Shown: one piece after another, positions 51,838 to 62,716 of the stretch
Position numbering within the stretch: position 1 is the stretch's first letter
Layout of the letters: every line of letters begins with the position of its first letter
Origin: Candidatus Bathyarchaeota archaeon
GTDB taxonomy: Archaea > Thermoproteota > Bathyarchaeia > TCS64
Direction of reading: 5' to 3'
DNA length: 64,000 nucleotides
NCBI GenBank assembly: GCA_963769425.1
Contig: CAVYLP010000001.1
Location: 32,001 to 96,000 of the forward strand
Program-made: the position numbers and the translations under genes
Notes under the pieces: model-generated
Databases searched by the model: none
Seen by the model: only the letters and a program-made list of their open reading frames with translations
Told to the model about the DNA's origin: nothing

Positions 51838-52751
51838 ATGCAGACAACTCTTTCACAACTTCAAAAAAGTGACAAACAAATAGCCATAAATGAAAAAGAG
51901 GAATTTGACTCGGAGATAATTAAACTCGCAAGCGAAATAATGACTTTACCCCAATCAGAGCAGAGAATCAATATAAAGCTCTTAAAGAGATCAATGCCGC
52001 CTTACTGAGATTAAGACTCTCAAATAACGAGATAAAAATATACTTATTCTTGGCCAGGAATGGAACTCAAAAGGCCCAAAAGATAGCTGAATCACTTGGA
52101 GTACCTAGAACCGAGGCTTACAAGATTCTTCGGGAACTCGAAAGCAAAGGATTCATCTTCAGGATCTTGGGACGCCCGATGAGATTCATGATTGTGCCTT
52201 TTGAAAAGATCATTGAAGGGGAGATCGAGGAGCGAAGACAGAAGATCTATAAACTTGAGAAAAAGAAGGATGAACTGCTAAGCTTCTGGCAAATGTTACC
52301 GAAGACAGACAATACCGAAGATGTGAAGGAGACGCTGCAGGTTATCGAGGGAAAAAATCAGATCAGTGCAAGAGTCGCGAAGATCTTGAGTGAAACCCGT
52401 AAACAGATTAGAGTCGTCGTAAGTGACCGCCACCTCGTTTGGCTCTTCAACTCAACATTCTTCGAGGAACTAAATAAGAAGGGTGAAATCGAGGCGAAAA
52501 TATTGACCAATTACTCCCAAACCAGCACCTTCGTAATGGAGCAACTGGAGATGCTTTCGTGTGACTTCGCATTCCTTCAAAAGAAAGGCCAGCCAAGCTT
52601 CATCGTCTCAGACAATGGGACCCTAATTCTCCTCATGGAGGATGATGATGAAAAATTCAGCGCGATGGAGACAAGCTACGCTTCGATGCTTAATTCATAC
52701 ACGTCTTTATTTGATCTACTCTGGAAAAACCAGAGCCGAAGAGAGCATTAA
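51838..52751 (+). CDS. TrmB-family transcriptional regulator (probable frameshift near 51975)
   Basis: Upstream frame LSNNEIKIYLFLA continues into IAESLGVPRTEAYKIL..LE.KG; C-terminal effector domain. Confidence 0.75.
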
Positions 52752-52752
52752 A

Positions 52753-53088
52753 TTAGATTAAGAGGGAAACATTCCAGATAGTAACCACTAACCTCAATAA
52801 CCCTACAATGAATGGGAAAATGGTGATTAATCTAACCAAGGGATTCTTCACAGTTCTCAGCAGCATGAAAGTCGCTACAACACTAGTTATAATTAGAAAT
52901 GCATCGAACTGAACCCACATGCCATTTTGCATCAAATTAAACGCGACGGGATTTGTCTCAATATAATTTTCCCTACTTAATGCGATGCTCGTCGAGATGT
53001 GATCACCTAATACACCTAAGATCATGGTGAAGTAGGCAAGCACCTCAAACTTAGAGGTGGGAATCCTCGGGAGCATCATGTGTGACAA
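52753..53088 (-). CDS. Small membrane protein (DUF5658-like)
   Basis: D..ST..AL....ETNP motif, 3 TM. Confidence 0.65.
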   Translation of the reverse strand: MSHMMLPRIPTSKFEVLAYFTMILGVLGDHISTSIALSRENYIETNPVAFNLMQNGMWVQFDAFLIITSVVATFMLLRTVKNPLVRLITIFPFIVGLLRLVVTIWNVSLLI

Positions 53089-53338
53089 TATGGATTAGTG
53101 GTCTATATTTAAAAATCATGGACATCAAGTGAATTCGATTTTTTCAGTGTATGATCGTTTTTCACCTACCCAGAAAGATAGAGCTCTGATTGACTTCGAT
53201 AAAAAGTCACAATATGTGTGTATCCAACGGAACTCACAACTGCTTAAGTGAGAAGAGACTAGTCAATTCTTCTCAGTGAAAAGTCACTTGAAATCTATAT
53301 CAGGAATAGGAAAGTGTGACAAGAGGAGAGAAAACTAG

Positions 53339-53641
53339 ATGACCAGTCGAAGATCGAAACTTGAGATTTACGTGGATATCATGGAGGAGATCAGGAACGG
53401 CACTATCTTGCCTACAAGGATCATGTACGCTGCAAACCTGTCTTGGAAGCCTCTTCAGCAGATACTCAAATCGCTAGTCTCCCAAGAGCTCATCGAAGAG
53501 TGCACAGCTGAGGAGGGCGATAAGAGAACTAAGAAAGCATATCGCCTAACCGAAAAAGGCCAAAACGTTTTACACTACTTCAGAAAGGCTAAGGAGCTAG
53601 TGGAAAAGGAGACACCTGCAGAGATAAAGAGCTGGCGCTAA
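53339..53641 (+). CDS. Winged-helix regulator (HTH_45-like), paralog B
   Basis: Highly similar to 45324-45626, same length (100 aa). Confidence 0.85.
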   Translation: MTSRRSKLEIYVDIMEEIRNGTILPTRIMYAANLSWKPLQQILKSLVSQELIEECTAEEGDKRTKKAYRLTEKGQNVLHYFRKAKELVEKETPAEIKSWR

Positions 53642-53968
53642 GAAACTCTGTTTTACTCTATCTCCTCGTAAACAGTGGCTTTTTTCAGGTTTAATTTTTG
53701 AGGATAACTATCTTCTCATATTCGTTGGATCCAGCCCTTGATAGCCATTACAATGAAGCGCTCATCTTACCTATAGACAATCCTTGTCTTAACTGAACAA
53801 ACTGACATGATCAAAAAAAGAATGATAACAGAAGATAAAACTCATACAACTACCTCCATAATGAGGATGAGTCCAAATTAAGTGATAAAATAATTGACCT
53901 GTAATCGATAGTACTCATAAATGGGTGACACAATACACATATGACTTCAATCAGAGGCAGACGCAGGC

Positions 53969-54730
53969 ATGGTACAAATCGAATTAACACTCCTAAGAGT
54001 ATTCATGACAGTGACCATGCTAGCCATCGCTGGATACAAAGACTTCAGGTATCGCGAGGTGAGTGACTGGATCTGGATCATTTTTTGCTGCATAGGAATA
54101 CCGCTAGATGCCTATGAGATCTGGGCAGGAAGCCTCTCAATCACATCACTTGCACTCGCATTGGGTTTTTCAGCTGTCCTAGCCATCGGGGGGTGGTGGT
54201 TCAACCTGTTCGGGGAAGCCGACCTCCTAGCTTTTCTAGTAATTTCCGTTATCAGCCCGATCACTCCTAACCTTGAATTAAGGCCACTTCTAATATCCCC
54301 CATCTTTTTTCCCCTAAGCTTGATCTCAAACTCAGTACTATTAGGGGCGTCTACAATCTTCATAGTTCTTGCATTAAACATCGTTAGCAAGAGAGAATGG
54401 TTCGAGGGATATGAGGGTCTTAGTGGAGCAGTAAAATTAGGTTTAATTTTAACCGCTAGAAGAAAGGAGATAGATTCGGTGAAGGGGCCACCATTCGAGT
54501 ACCCATTAGAATCAGTAAACGAAGACGGATTAATACACGTGAATCTCTGGCCTGACGTTTCAGACGATTCTAAGACAATAGAGACACTTAGACTGTTAAA
54601 GGAAAAGGGAAGGAAACGCGTGTGGGTGACCTATACTCATCCATTCCTCTTCATTCTTCTACTAGGTTACCTTACCACAATATTCTTAGGAGATATCTCT
54701 CTCTGGATTGTGAGCAGGTTCATCTATTAA
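53969..54730 (+). CDS. A24 prepilin/prearchaellin peptidase (FlaK/PibD-like)
   Basis: KDFRYREVSD..W, FGEAD (GxxD), C-terminal VWVT..HPFL. Confidence 0.8.
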   Translation: MVQIELTLLRVFMTVTMLAIAGYKDFRYREVSDWIWIIFCCIGIPLDAYEIWAGSLSITSLALALGFSAVLAIGGWWFNLFGEADLLAFLVISVISPITPNLELRPLLISPIFFPLSLISNSVLLGASTIFIVLALNIVSKREWFEGYEGLSGAVKLGLILTARRKEIDSVKGPPFEYPLESVNEDGLIHVNLWPDVSDDSKTIETLRLLKEKGRKRVWVTYTHPFLFILLLGYLTTIFLGDISLWIVSRFIY

Positions 54731-54812
54731 AAATTCATTTGCTATGCTAATAGATGGATTCATGAACCATAAAACCTTTTAAAATATAACAGGAATCTTA
54801 GTCGGTAACAGG

Positions 54813-55337
54813 ATGGATAGGCCAAAGAAAGAAGGAACCCTTAGCTGTCAGTGCTCCGTTAATAGCGAGGGTACAGATCCACATGACATCCTGTGGTTGA
54901 GAACAAAATATAAATTCGACAATATCAAGATCGACGAAATAAAATCCATTCTAGTAGTCGATGAAAATTATCTCACAGAAACTCTACGTTCTATTCTAGA
55001 GGATTCAAACCTCCAAGTCGATGCAGTTCAAAGCGGCGCACAGGCATTAAGAATGATCATAAACAAACACTACGACGTTGTCGTGATGGAGGCTAATCTC
55101 CCCGGCCTCAAGGGCGGAGAAATGGCTCAGATCATTAAGAACATGTCCCCTGATACAAGAGTCGTCTTGATGACACGTGATGAGTACTGGGATGAAACTC
55201 TCAGAGACATAAACACCGAAGTTGACGAGGTGCTTCTCAAACCCTTTGCTCCAGAGGATCTTCTAAAGGTCATCCGGAGAATAACTGGTCAGAGAATCGA
55301 GAAAGCGGATCAGATAATGAAGCTCCCATTTGCATGA
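54813..55337 (+). CDS. Atypical response regulator (REC)
   Basis: ILVVDE, DVVVME.NLPG (phospho-acceptor Asp appears to be Glu), LLKPF. Confidence 0.75.
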   Translation: MDRPKKEGTLSCQCSVNSEGTDPHDILWLRTKYKFDNIKIDEIKSILVVDENYLTETLRSILEDSNLQVDAVQSGAQALRMIINKHYDVVVMEANLPGLKGGEMAQIIKNMSPDTRVVLMTRDEYWDETLRDINTEVDEVLLKPFAPEDLLKVIRRITGQRIEKADQIMKLPFA

Positions 55338-55463
55338 AATTAGGATTTAGGGGTTTAACAACGCTTTATTTTACGGCGCCTATCAAAGTTGGCCTCTCTC
55401 AATTCCTTCTGCGTTGAAAAAGGGCTATTTTTCGAAATTCAACCTCGCCATTTAGGCGCTAAC

Positions 55464-56337
55464 TCATACAAACGAAGCGATAATGTAAACGCCCGCAAAG
55501 ATGGCGGCGGAGCCAAGGAGGCGTGGGGCACCGTAGCCCTCTCCGAGTAGTGCAACGCCCAGGAGGGCACCGATTACGACGCTGATCTGCCTTAAGGCGA
55601 GGAGGTAACCCACAGGTGCTAGTGTCATCGCGACGAGGACCAAGAGGTACCCACCCCTCATCAGCGCCCCGGATAGTGTTATCCTCTTCCAAGTGTCTGC
55701 CCCACTCCGACGATAGGTTGCCCAACCCTCGTCTCTGGAGAATGATGGGTGTGAGGACTAATGTTATCGCTATCTCGAGCCAAAAATCGTATTGTACCGG
55801 GTCTAAGTGAGTAACCGCAGCCTGATCGCTGAGGGAATAGGCCGTTGTGCCTAATGCAGCTATGAGGGCGAATCCGAAGGCGGGACCCCTGAAACTGTGA
55901 AGTGGCTCGAACACGCTTGCTAGCCGGAGCGACTTTAGGTGAAGTATGTAGACGCCCAAGAGAACTAGGAGAATCCCAGTTATACCAGCTACTGTGAGCG
56001 GGTCTCCAAGGAACAATGCACCAACCACGGCCACGAAGAGCGGGGCGCTCCTCGCGACGGGGTAGACTACACTAAGGTCCCCAGCGTCGTATGCTCGGCT
56101 GAGAGCAAGGAAGTAAGCGGCTTCAGCTATTGCGCTGATGATGATGAAGGGGAGGATGCTTACTGGTAGGGACCAGTCCTTGAGGACTAGGATGAAGACG
56201 GGGAGGAGTGTGACTTGACTTGTCAGGTTGATGAGGAGCATGAAGGAGTCCTTGTCGCGTGAGCCCTTGGCGAGGTAGTTCCACGCCGCGTGTGACGCCG
56301 CACTGATGAGTATCAGGGCGACGGCGAGCGGCTCCAT
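55464..56337 (-). CDS. EamA/DMT transporter (frameshift near 55695)
   Basis: HAAWNYLAK, GDLSVVYPVAR; shifted frame ALRQISVVIG. Confidence 0.82.
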
Positions 56338-56394
56338 GTAGGCTATGCAGCTGTAGGGGTTAAAATCATTAGCAGCGTCCCCTGAGTCTACTCC

Positions 56395-56958
56395 ATGGTT
56401 GACAGGTGCTTCGTGGCGGTCGACATAGATGATCCCTCGTTAAAAGCGGCGTTCGTGCGCGCCCAGGGTATAATCTTAGCGACGGGGGCGGATGTCAAGG
56501 CGGTTGAGGAGGAGAACATCCACATCACCCTAAAGTTCCTCGGCGAGATACCGGAGACGCGGACCACACAGGTCGCGGAGTTGGTCAAGGGAATAGCGTT
56601 CAAACCGTTCACGCTCGACTTCCACGGTGTAGGCGTCTTCCCTAACCCAAGCAGGCCAAGCGTAGTCTGGGCCGGTGTCCAAGGGGACGCATCCGAGATG
56701 CTGACAGTATTCACCGAGCTGGAGAAGGGACTTAAAGCACTAGGCTTCGAGCCTGAGAGGAGGCCATTCCAACCACACGTGACGTTATGCAGAGTTAGAA
56801 GCGGCAGGAACAGAGCCCAGCTCGCCGAAGCTGTGAAGGGGCTTGAGAACGAGGAGTTCGGCCCACTCAGAGTGGAGCATATCACCTTGAAGAAGAGCGT
56901 GCTCACGAGGAGTGGACCAATCTATACCACCATAGCCTTGTCGAAGACCCTCAATTAA
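56395..56958 (+). CDS. thpR: RNA 2',3'-cyclic phosphodiesterase
   Basis: Two HxT motifs (HITLKF, HVTL.R). Confidence 0.92.
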   Translation: MVDRCFVAVDIDDPSLKAAFVRAQGIILATGADVKAVEEENIHITLKFLGEIPETRTTQVAELVKGIAFKPFTLDFHGVGVFPNPSRPSVVWAGVQGDASEMLTVFTELEKGLKALGFEPERRPFQPHVTLCRVRSGRNRAQLAEAVKGLENEEFGPLRVEHITLKKSVLTRSGPIYTTIALSKTLN

Positions 56959-57016
56959 GATGCCATTAGGACTTCGTCGGTAGATATTTCTACGATCTCA
57001 GCGTATCCACCCACAA

Positions 57017-58423
57017 GTGACGTGGTCTTTGCCTCTGCCTGAGCCTTGGAGCCGATTAAAGAGGGATATACTCGCGGAGGTTAAGCCCACCGAGCAAGAG
57101 TATAAAGAGATTACAGCCCTGGTTGCGAAGTTAAAGTCGGGTCTCATAACGGCACTGAGTGAGTGCGGTGTCGACGCGGATGTCGAGGTCCATGGTTCCA
57201 TAGCTCGAGACACTTGGCTACATGGGCAGCGTGACATCGACACCTTCATCATACTCCGCCACGGCTCGGGTAGGAAGGACCTGCTCAGGGTGAACGAGGT
57301 AGTCAAGGGCTACCTAGGTGAGGGCTGGGTCGAGGCGTACGCGGAGCACCCCTATGTTAAGAAGGAGATAGGGGGCTTCGAGGTAGAGTTCATACCCTGC
57401 TTCAAGGCCGAAGAGGGACGAGGCTTCGCATCCGCAACCGACCGCACACCCCTTCACACAGCCTACCTCCAACCTCGCCTCACAGACAAACTACGCGACG
57501 ATATCAGAATCTTGAAGGCATTCATGAGGGGCGTCGGCGTGTATGGTGCAGAGATCAAGGTTGGAGGATTTTCCGGCTACCTCTGCGAACTACTAGTCGT
57601 AGCATTCGGCTCCTTTGAGGGAGTTATTGGAGGCGACGGGGAGCTGGGGTGACCCCCCGGTGATACAATTAGAAAAGGTCGCCACACAAAAGTTCAGGGA
57701 GCCCTTGGTGGTCGTCGACCCCGTCGACCCAAACAGGAACGTCGCCTCAGCTGTTACCGAAACCACATTATGGACATTCGTCGCGGCCGCTAGGGCCTTT
57801 TCGGCCAAGCCTAGTATGAAGTTTTTCAAACCCGAGCCGCTGAAGGAATCAAGAGATTTACTGAAAAGGCTTCAGAAGAGGGGCTCCGACTTCCTATTCA
57901 TCGTTATCCCAGACAAAGATCCCCCCGTACCAGATACCCTCTGGGGTCTACTCTACAGGACCGAGAGGGCGCTGGGGAGGACCCTTGCGGAAAGAGGGTT
58001 CAAGGTCCTAGAGATCAGGTACCTGGAGCGACGAAGCTGAGAGACACATCTTCACCTACGAGTTGGAGTCAATCGCCTTATCACCGGTAGTCAAGAAGCT
58101 TGGGCCACCAGTAAGACTCGTCAGGGACTCCGAGGACTTCCTAAGTAAATACGAGGACTCCCCCGAGCTTGTAAGCGGACCAGGCATCGAGGATAGCAAA
58201 TGGTGGGTCGAGGTGGAGAGGAAGCATGAGTTCACAAGTGCCGACCTAAAAAGAACCCTATCCAACGACTCCGAAGAACAAGGCGTCCCGAAGAGGATGG
58301 CAGACCTGCTCAAAAGGGACGGAAATGTGTTGCTAAACGAGGAGATCGGGACGGAGTACAGCGGCGAGTTCCCCAAATACCTCGAGACGCTTCCTCAGGG
58401 GAAGGCCTGACTGGCTTGGCTGA
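57017..58423 (+). CDS. cca: Class I CCA-adding enzyme (three frameshifts near 57621, 58010, 58385)
   Basis: GS.ARDTWL...DID.F, YAEHPY, SATDRTPLH, YGAEIKVGGFSGYL.ELL, DPVDP.RNVA, GPP. Confidence 0.88.
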
Positions 58424-59198
58424 CAGGGTCCCACTCATCGAGCTCATAACACACCCCAAGGGGTTCCTGATCTGCTGGCCGATCTGGGACGCTAGCGCGG
58501 CTGAGACCCGCATCAACGAGCTTTCGAGGCTAGGGGTCAGGGCAATAATATTCGATGGTCCCCATATTGTTGACACCATACCCGTCCTCGGTAAGGGTAA
58601 CACCTCTATCGTCTTGAAGGTGGAGACGGAGAAAGGCATCTGCGCCGCGAAGATAAGGAGGACAGACACTGATAGGACCGACTTCGAGGAGGAGGCGAGA
58701 CTACTCGGTGTGGCAAATAGTATCGGTGTTGGGCCGAGGCTCCTAGGCTGGGGGCGCTGGAGTCTCCTGATGGAGCTCATCGTTGGGCCATACCTGAGCG
58801 TGTGGGTGAGGGGGCTCGGCCCGGCTGACGCGGTAACCCTGAGGGGGGTTTTAAGAAAGCTCGTTTTACAGGCTAGGAGGATGGATGAGGCTGGGCTCGA
58901 TCACGGCGAGCTGGTTAGGCTCCGGAGGCACACGATCTTGCGTGGGCTTGAGCCGGTGATAATCGACTTCGAGACGGCGAGTACAAGCAGGCGTGTCGCT
59001 AACGTGACGACTGTTATGCAATCCCTTTTTCTAAACACCATAGCGAGCAGCGTCATAGGAGGTATCATGGGGCTCCCGGATAGGGAGGAGCTGCTCGGGG
59101 CGCTACGAGCTTATCGGAGGGAGATGAGCGACCTCCGCCTCAACACCCTTCTCCGTGTGGCTGGGTTGGAAAAGGATTTCACCTCTCCTGCAGACTAA
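58416..59198 (+). CDS. RIO/Bud32-like Ser/Thr kinase
   Basis: LGKG..S.V, AKIRR.D, HGEL, IIDFE. Confidence 0.8.
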   Translation: MADRVPLIELITHPKGFLICWPIWDASAAETRINELSRLGVRAIIFDGPHIVDTIPVLGKGNTSIVLKVETEKGICAAKIRRTDTDRTDFEEEARLLGVANSIGVGPRLLGWGRWSLLMELIVGPYLSVWVRGLGPADAVTLRGVLRKLVLQARRMDEAGLDHGELVRLRRHTILRGLEPVIIDFETASTSRRVANVTTVMQSLFLNTIASSVIGGIMGLPDREELLGALRAYRREMSDLRLNTLLRVAGLEKDFTSPAD

Positions 59199-59204
59199 TA
59201 GGTC

Positions 59205-60389
59205 ATGGAGTTCAAGGAGGCGGCTCGCCGAGCGATCGACGAGCATGAGGAGGTTCTCGTAGACATCAGCCGGAGGATACACGAGGAGCCCGAGCTCGGC
59301 CATCAAGAGTACAAGGCGTCTTCCCTACTGGTTGAGGCCTTGGAGGGACACGGCTACGATGTAGAATTAGGGGTCTCGGGGATGAAGACCGCCTTTATTG
59401 CTCGTGGACCAGTTAGGGAGGGTCCGACAATCGGTATACTAGCTGAATACGATGCCCTTCCAGGAATAGGGCACGCCTGTGGACACAACCTCATAGCTGC
59501 GTCCGCGTTGGGCGCCGCAATCGGCCTGTCAGCAGTTGCTAAGGAGCTTCCGGGGAACGTGGTTGTCTATGGTACTCCTGCGGAGGAGGGGGTAGTGGAG
59601 AACGCCGGTGGAAAGGTTGTAATGCTCGATGAGATACGAAAAGCGAACGCTGTCATCATGGTTCACCCCGCAAACATGTGGGGGAGCTACGGTACGAGCA
59701 ACGCCCGCGAGAGCTTCCTCGTAGAGTTCTTCGGCAAGAGCAGCCACGCGGGCGGAGCCCCAGAGAAGGGGATAAACGCCCTAGAGGGGGTCATCCAGAC
59801 CTTCAACGGGATAAACGCCCTCCGCCAGCACATCAACAGGGACGTGCGCATACACGGCATAATCAAGCGTGGCGGGGACAGCCCCAACGTCGTCCCCGAC
59901 TACGCCAGCGCCCACCTCTACGTCCGAGCACCTACTATGCCCATGCTCGAGGAGTACTATGGCAAAGTACTCAACATCATAAAGGGAGCGGAGCTCGCCA
60001 CAGGTGCAAGGAGCAAAGTCACCCGTGTCGCGAACACCTACGCCAACTCGCTCCCGAGTAAAACCCTCACCGACCTTTTCAGGGAGGAGATGCTGGAGAT
60101 CGGCGTCGACTTCCCTGAGGAGAAGGAGTTGAGAAAAAGCGGTGGAAGCACTGACTTCGGAAACGTGAGCCAGGTGATCCCCGCCCTGAGCGCCTACGTC
60201 AACATAGGCCAGGTTGTGCTCCACAGCCCGGAGGGTGCGGCGATGACCGCGACACCCGAGGCACATGCTGTCATGATACAGGCGGCGAAGGCCCTCGCAT
60301 TCACAGCCATCGACCTTATAACGAGACCCGAATTGTTGGCGTCTGCGAGGAGAGAGCACTCAAAGCGCCTCTCGGAGCAGAAGAATTAG
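59205..60389 (+). CDS. M20 family amidohydrolase
   Basis: IHEEPELG, EYDALP, HACGHN, TPAEE, GSTDFG. Confidence 0.9.
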   Translation: MEFKEAARRAIDEHEEVLVDISRRIHEEPELGHQEYKASSLLVEALEGHGYDVELGVSGMKTAFIARGPVREGPTIGILAEYDALPGIGHACGHNLIAASALGAAIGLSAVAKELPGNVVVYGTPAEEGVVENAGGKVVMLDEIRKANAVIMVHPANMWGSYGTSNARESFLVEFFGKSSHAGGAPEKGINALEGVIQTFNGINALRQHINRDVRIHGIIKRGGDSPNVVPDYASAHLYVRAPTMPMLEEYYGKVLNIIKGAELATGARSKVTRVANTYANSLPSKTLTDLFREEMLEIGVDFPEEKELRKSGGSTDFGNVSQVIPALSAYVNIGQVVLHSPEGAAMTATPEAHAVMIQAAKALAFTAIDLITRPELLASARREHSKRLSEQKN

Positions 60390-60466
60390 CTCCAATAGGC
60401 CAAGTTACACGTTATTTCAGGGCTAGTAACCTTTTTACTGTGGGTGTTGTGTCTAGTGTTGGGTTC

Positions 60467-60543
60467 GGGATCGTGGTCTAGCTTGGTAAGATTCGTGCCT
60501 GGGGCGTACGAGTTCGTGAGTTCAAATCTCACCGATCCCACCA
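60467..60543 (+). tRNA. tRNA-Pro(GGG), CCA encoded
   Basis: Acceptor GGGATCG/CGATCCC, anticodon arm CGTGC-CT-GGG-GC-GTACG, T-loop GTTCAAATC. Confidence 0.93.
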
Positions 60544-60598
60544 ACCTCTGAACTCACCGCAGTTTTCGGGTCAGATAACTAAGTATGATCAGCAGGTC

Positions 60599-60856
60599 TT
60601 GCTCATCCTCGAACACAGCTTCTGGCTGAAGAAGCAGGGCTACCGACAGACAGCAATCGATACCGCAAATCACTCGCTGAAGGCTCTGTCGAAGACTTGC
60701 GACCTTATGGAACCTGAGTGGGTCAAGGAGAACATCGCATTCAGGCAGGTCTCTGAAGCCCAGAAAGAAAAACTCTGCAGCGTATACGATAGATTCTGCA
60801 AAAAGCACAATTTGATCTGGTCCATCCCCTTGGATAGCCGCGCGCGTATTCTATAA
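60599..60856 (+). pseudogene. Tyrosine integrase N-terminal (core-binding) fragment
   Basis: WLKKQGYR..AI.....LK.L...CDL..PE.VK..IA....SEA.KEKL...YDRFC resembles archaeal integrase N-domains; no catalytic domain follows. Confidence 0.55.
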
Positions 60857-60925
60857 TAATCCATTTTTCAAATCGATAATCTATTTATTAGATAAAAGAG
60901 ACAATAAACCCAAGGAAGTCTAATC

Positions 60926-61243
60926 ATGAAGATAACGGAAGCCTTCGTAAGCGCCAGCATCTCTAGTTATGTCGCATGCATCTTCCTGGCATTAACGGGA
61001 ACCCCACCAATACCTAACCAACCAGCATTACAACAGAGCATTCTCTACGCTCTCTTCATGGGGCTCCTTATAACGAGCATCAAACTGAAGTACGTCAACC
61101 TGAGAAGGTTATGCGGCGCAATCTACGGGTTTATCGCCATGGTCACATTCGCTGGCAATATCCAGTGGGCTGGCGGCCCTGGCGCATCGTTAGCGATGGC
61201 GATATGGGATCTCTGCCTCGGCATCACCCTCTTCATGATATAA
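60926..61243 (+). CDS. Small membrane protein (4 TM), element cargo
   Basis: Hydrophobic 105-aa ORF. Confidence 0.55.
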   Translation: MKITEAFVSASISSYVACIFLALTGTPPIPNQPALQQSILYALFMGLLITSIKLKYVNLRRLCGAIYGFIAMVTFAGNIQWAGGPGASLAMAIWDLCLGITLFMI

Positions 61244-61365
61244 GGTTACTCTGAAGAACGATTTTAAACTAATTTCTCCAAAGTGTTTTACACTACTATC
61301 CGTGCAAGATACATTGAAGGAAAAGAACTGTGCACTACGAGGTGCTTGTATAAAGCATCATGTAG

Positions 61366-62385
61366 ATGACCTACTGTGCACTGTCCGCAGCGTACGTTAC
61401 CTGCAGGAATGTGGAAAGGTTGAGGGTAGCTATAGCTGGAATGGGGATCACGGGTGCTTACCTATTTAGGCTCCTTAAAAAGGAGGGGATTAATCCGGAG
61501 ATATATGAAGTAAAACACAGCACCGCATGTGGAATACACTCCTGTGGTTGGGGGACCTCGCTGGGCTTTGCGGAGCTTACGAAGGCGGTTAACCTCGACC
61601 CCGAGACTTATATCACTGAGAGATTCGACAACATAACCTTTGATGGTATTAGGCTAAGAGCCGAGTTTTATACATTCGATAAGCCGCGCTTCATCAAAGA
61701 TCTGGTTGAATCGGCTGATGTAAAATATACGCCTCTTAACATGTCTTCCTTTGATCGGGTTATCGATGCTACAGGTGTCGCAAGGGCGTATTTACCCCCA
61801 ATTAAGAGCGACTTATTGATGAATTGCGTTGAATACCGGGTTAAAGCGAGTGCTTTGAACCATATTGAAGTGAAGATTGGTGGTGGGGGTTATGCGTGGC
61901 ATTTCCCGCTAGGAAATTCTGTACACATTGGCTACGGGTCTTTTACTGAGGATCCAATTGGTAAAGTTTATGGGAAAACCTTGTCTGGATGGGACATCGC
62001 TAACCCCATCTGCGGATGCCGTTCAGTGCTCCGCGCCTCGGCACCTGAAGCATCCAGGCCATTTGTACTGAATGGTTCTCCACAAGTGATTGGGGTTGGG
62101 GAGGCGATTGGATGTGTCTCGCCACTCGTTGGCGATGGGATTGTGCATGGTATGAGGAGTGTCCGCTTATTATTGGACTGTTGGGATGACCCCGAGGCGT
62201 ATACTGAGAAGATTTTACGTGAATTCGAGTGGCTTGACGAGGAGAGAAAGGTTGTGGACAAGATGGTTCATTCTGAGAAACTGAACATTCTCGATGCCCT
62301 CGTGCTGCTCAGGAACTCGCGGAGAAGGATGGGAATAAAGATGAGTATCCTAGACGTTTTGAGAATGTCACGGAGCTTTAGTTGA
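61366..62385 (+). CDS. FAD-dependent oxidoreductase, geranylgeranyl-reductase-like
   Basis: IAGMGITG Rossmann motif, CGWG, YAWHFP, VGEAIG.VSPL.G.GI. Confidence 0.8.
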   Translation: MTYCALSAAYVTCRNVERLRVAIAGMGITGAYLFRLLKKEGINPEIYEVKHSTACGIHSCGWGTSLGFAELTKAVNLDPETYITERFDNITFDGIRLRAEFYTFDKPRFIKDLVESADVKYTPLNMSSFDRVIDATGVARAYLPPIKSDLLMNCVEYRVKASALNHIEVKIGGGGYAWHFPLGNSVHIGYGSFTEDPIGKVYGKTLSGWDIANPICGCRSVLRASAPEASRPFVLNGSPQVIGVGEAIGCVSPLVGDGIVHGMRSVRLLLDCWDDPEAYTEKILREFEWLDEERKVVDKMVHSEKLNILDALVLLRNSRRRMGIKMSILDVLRMSRSFS

Positions 62386-62716
62386 GAAAGCCGTATAAGT
62401 AGATATAGAAAGATTCTTTGGACTGAGTGGTTTGGCAATCCCTTTTCAGTAGAACCGCTCTTATTTTCGATTTTTCGAGATTTTAGTTTGTAAACGATTT
62501 TGAGGCGTAGGTATATCTATTTCCTCATAAATCTAGAAATGGCGCCATTTCTCTCCAGATTCAATAGTCTTATCCTCACTTCCACCGTGCATATGTTGAT
62601 AATCAACTAATCGCTGGTTTAAGAAAAACATAAAAAGGGGACTTGCGGGGGAAATCTCCACGGTTCGGCGGGTTCAAATCTCTCCGATCCCACCATTTAA
62701 TTCACTCGTCCCACCT

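Larger units (their letters stand above)
60520..62695. mobile_element. Decayed integrative element at tRNA-Pro bounded by att direct repeats
   Basis: GTTCAAATCTC(A/T)CCGATCCCACCA at 60520-60543 and 62672-62695 (23/24); lower GC inside. Confidence 0.75.

Noticed and set aside
57017-58423. cca as a true pseudogene because both tRNAs here encode CCA
   Set aside because: The motifs are intact and the indels match the window-wide error pattern; two tRNAs are too little evidence.
62663-62695. Second tRNA-Pro gene
   Set aside because: Only the T-arm and acceptor 3' half are present; it is an att duplicate.
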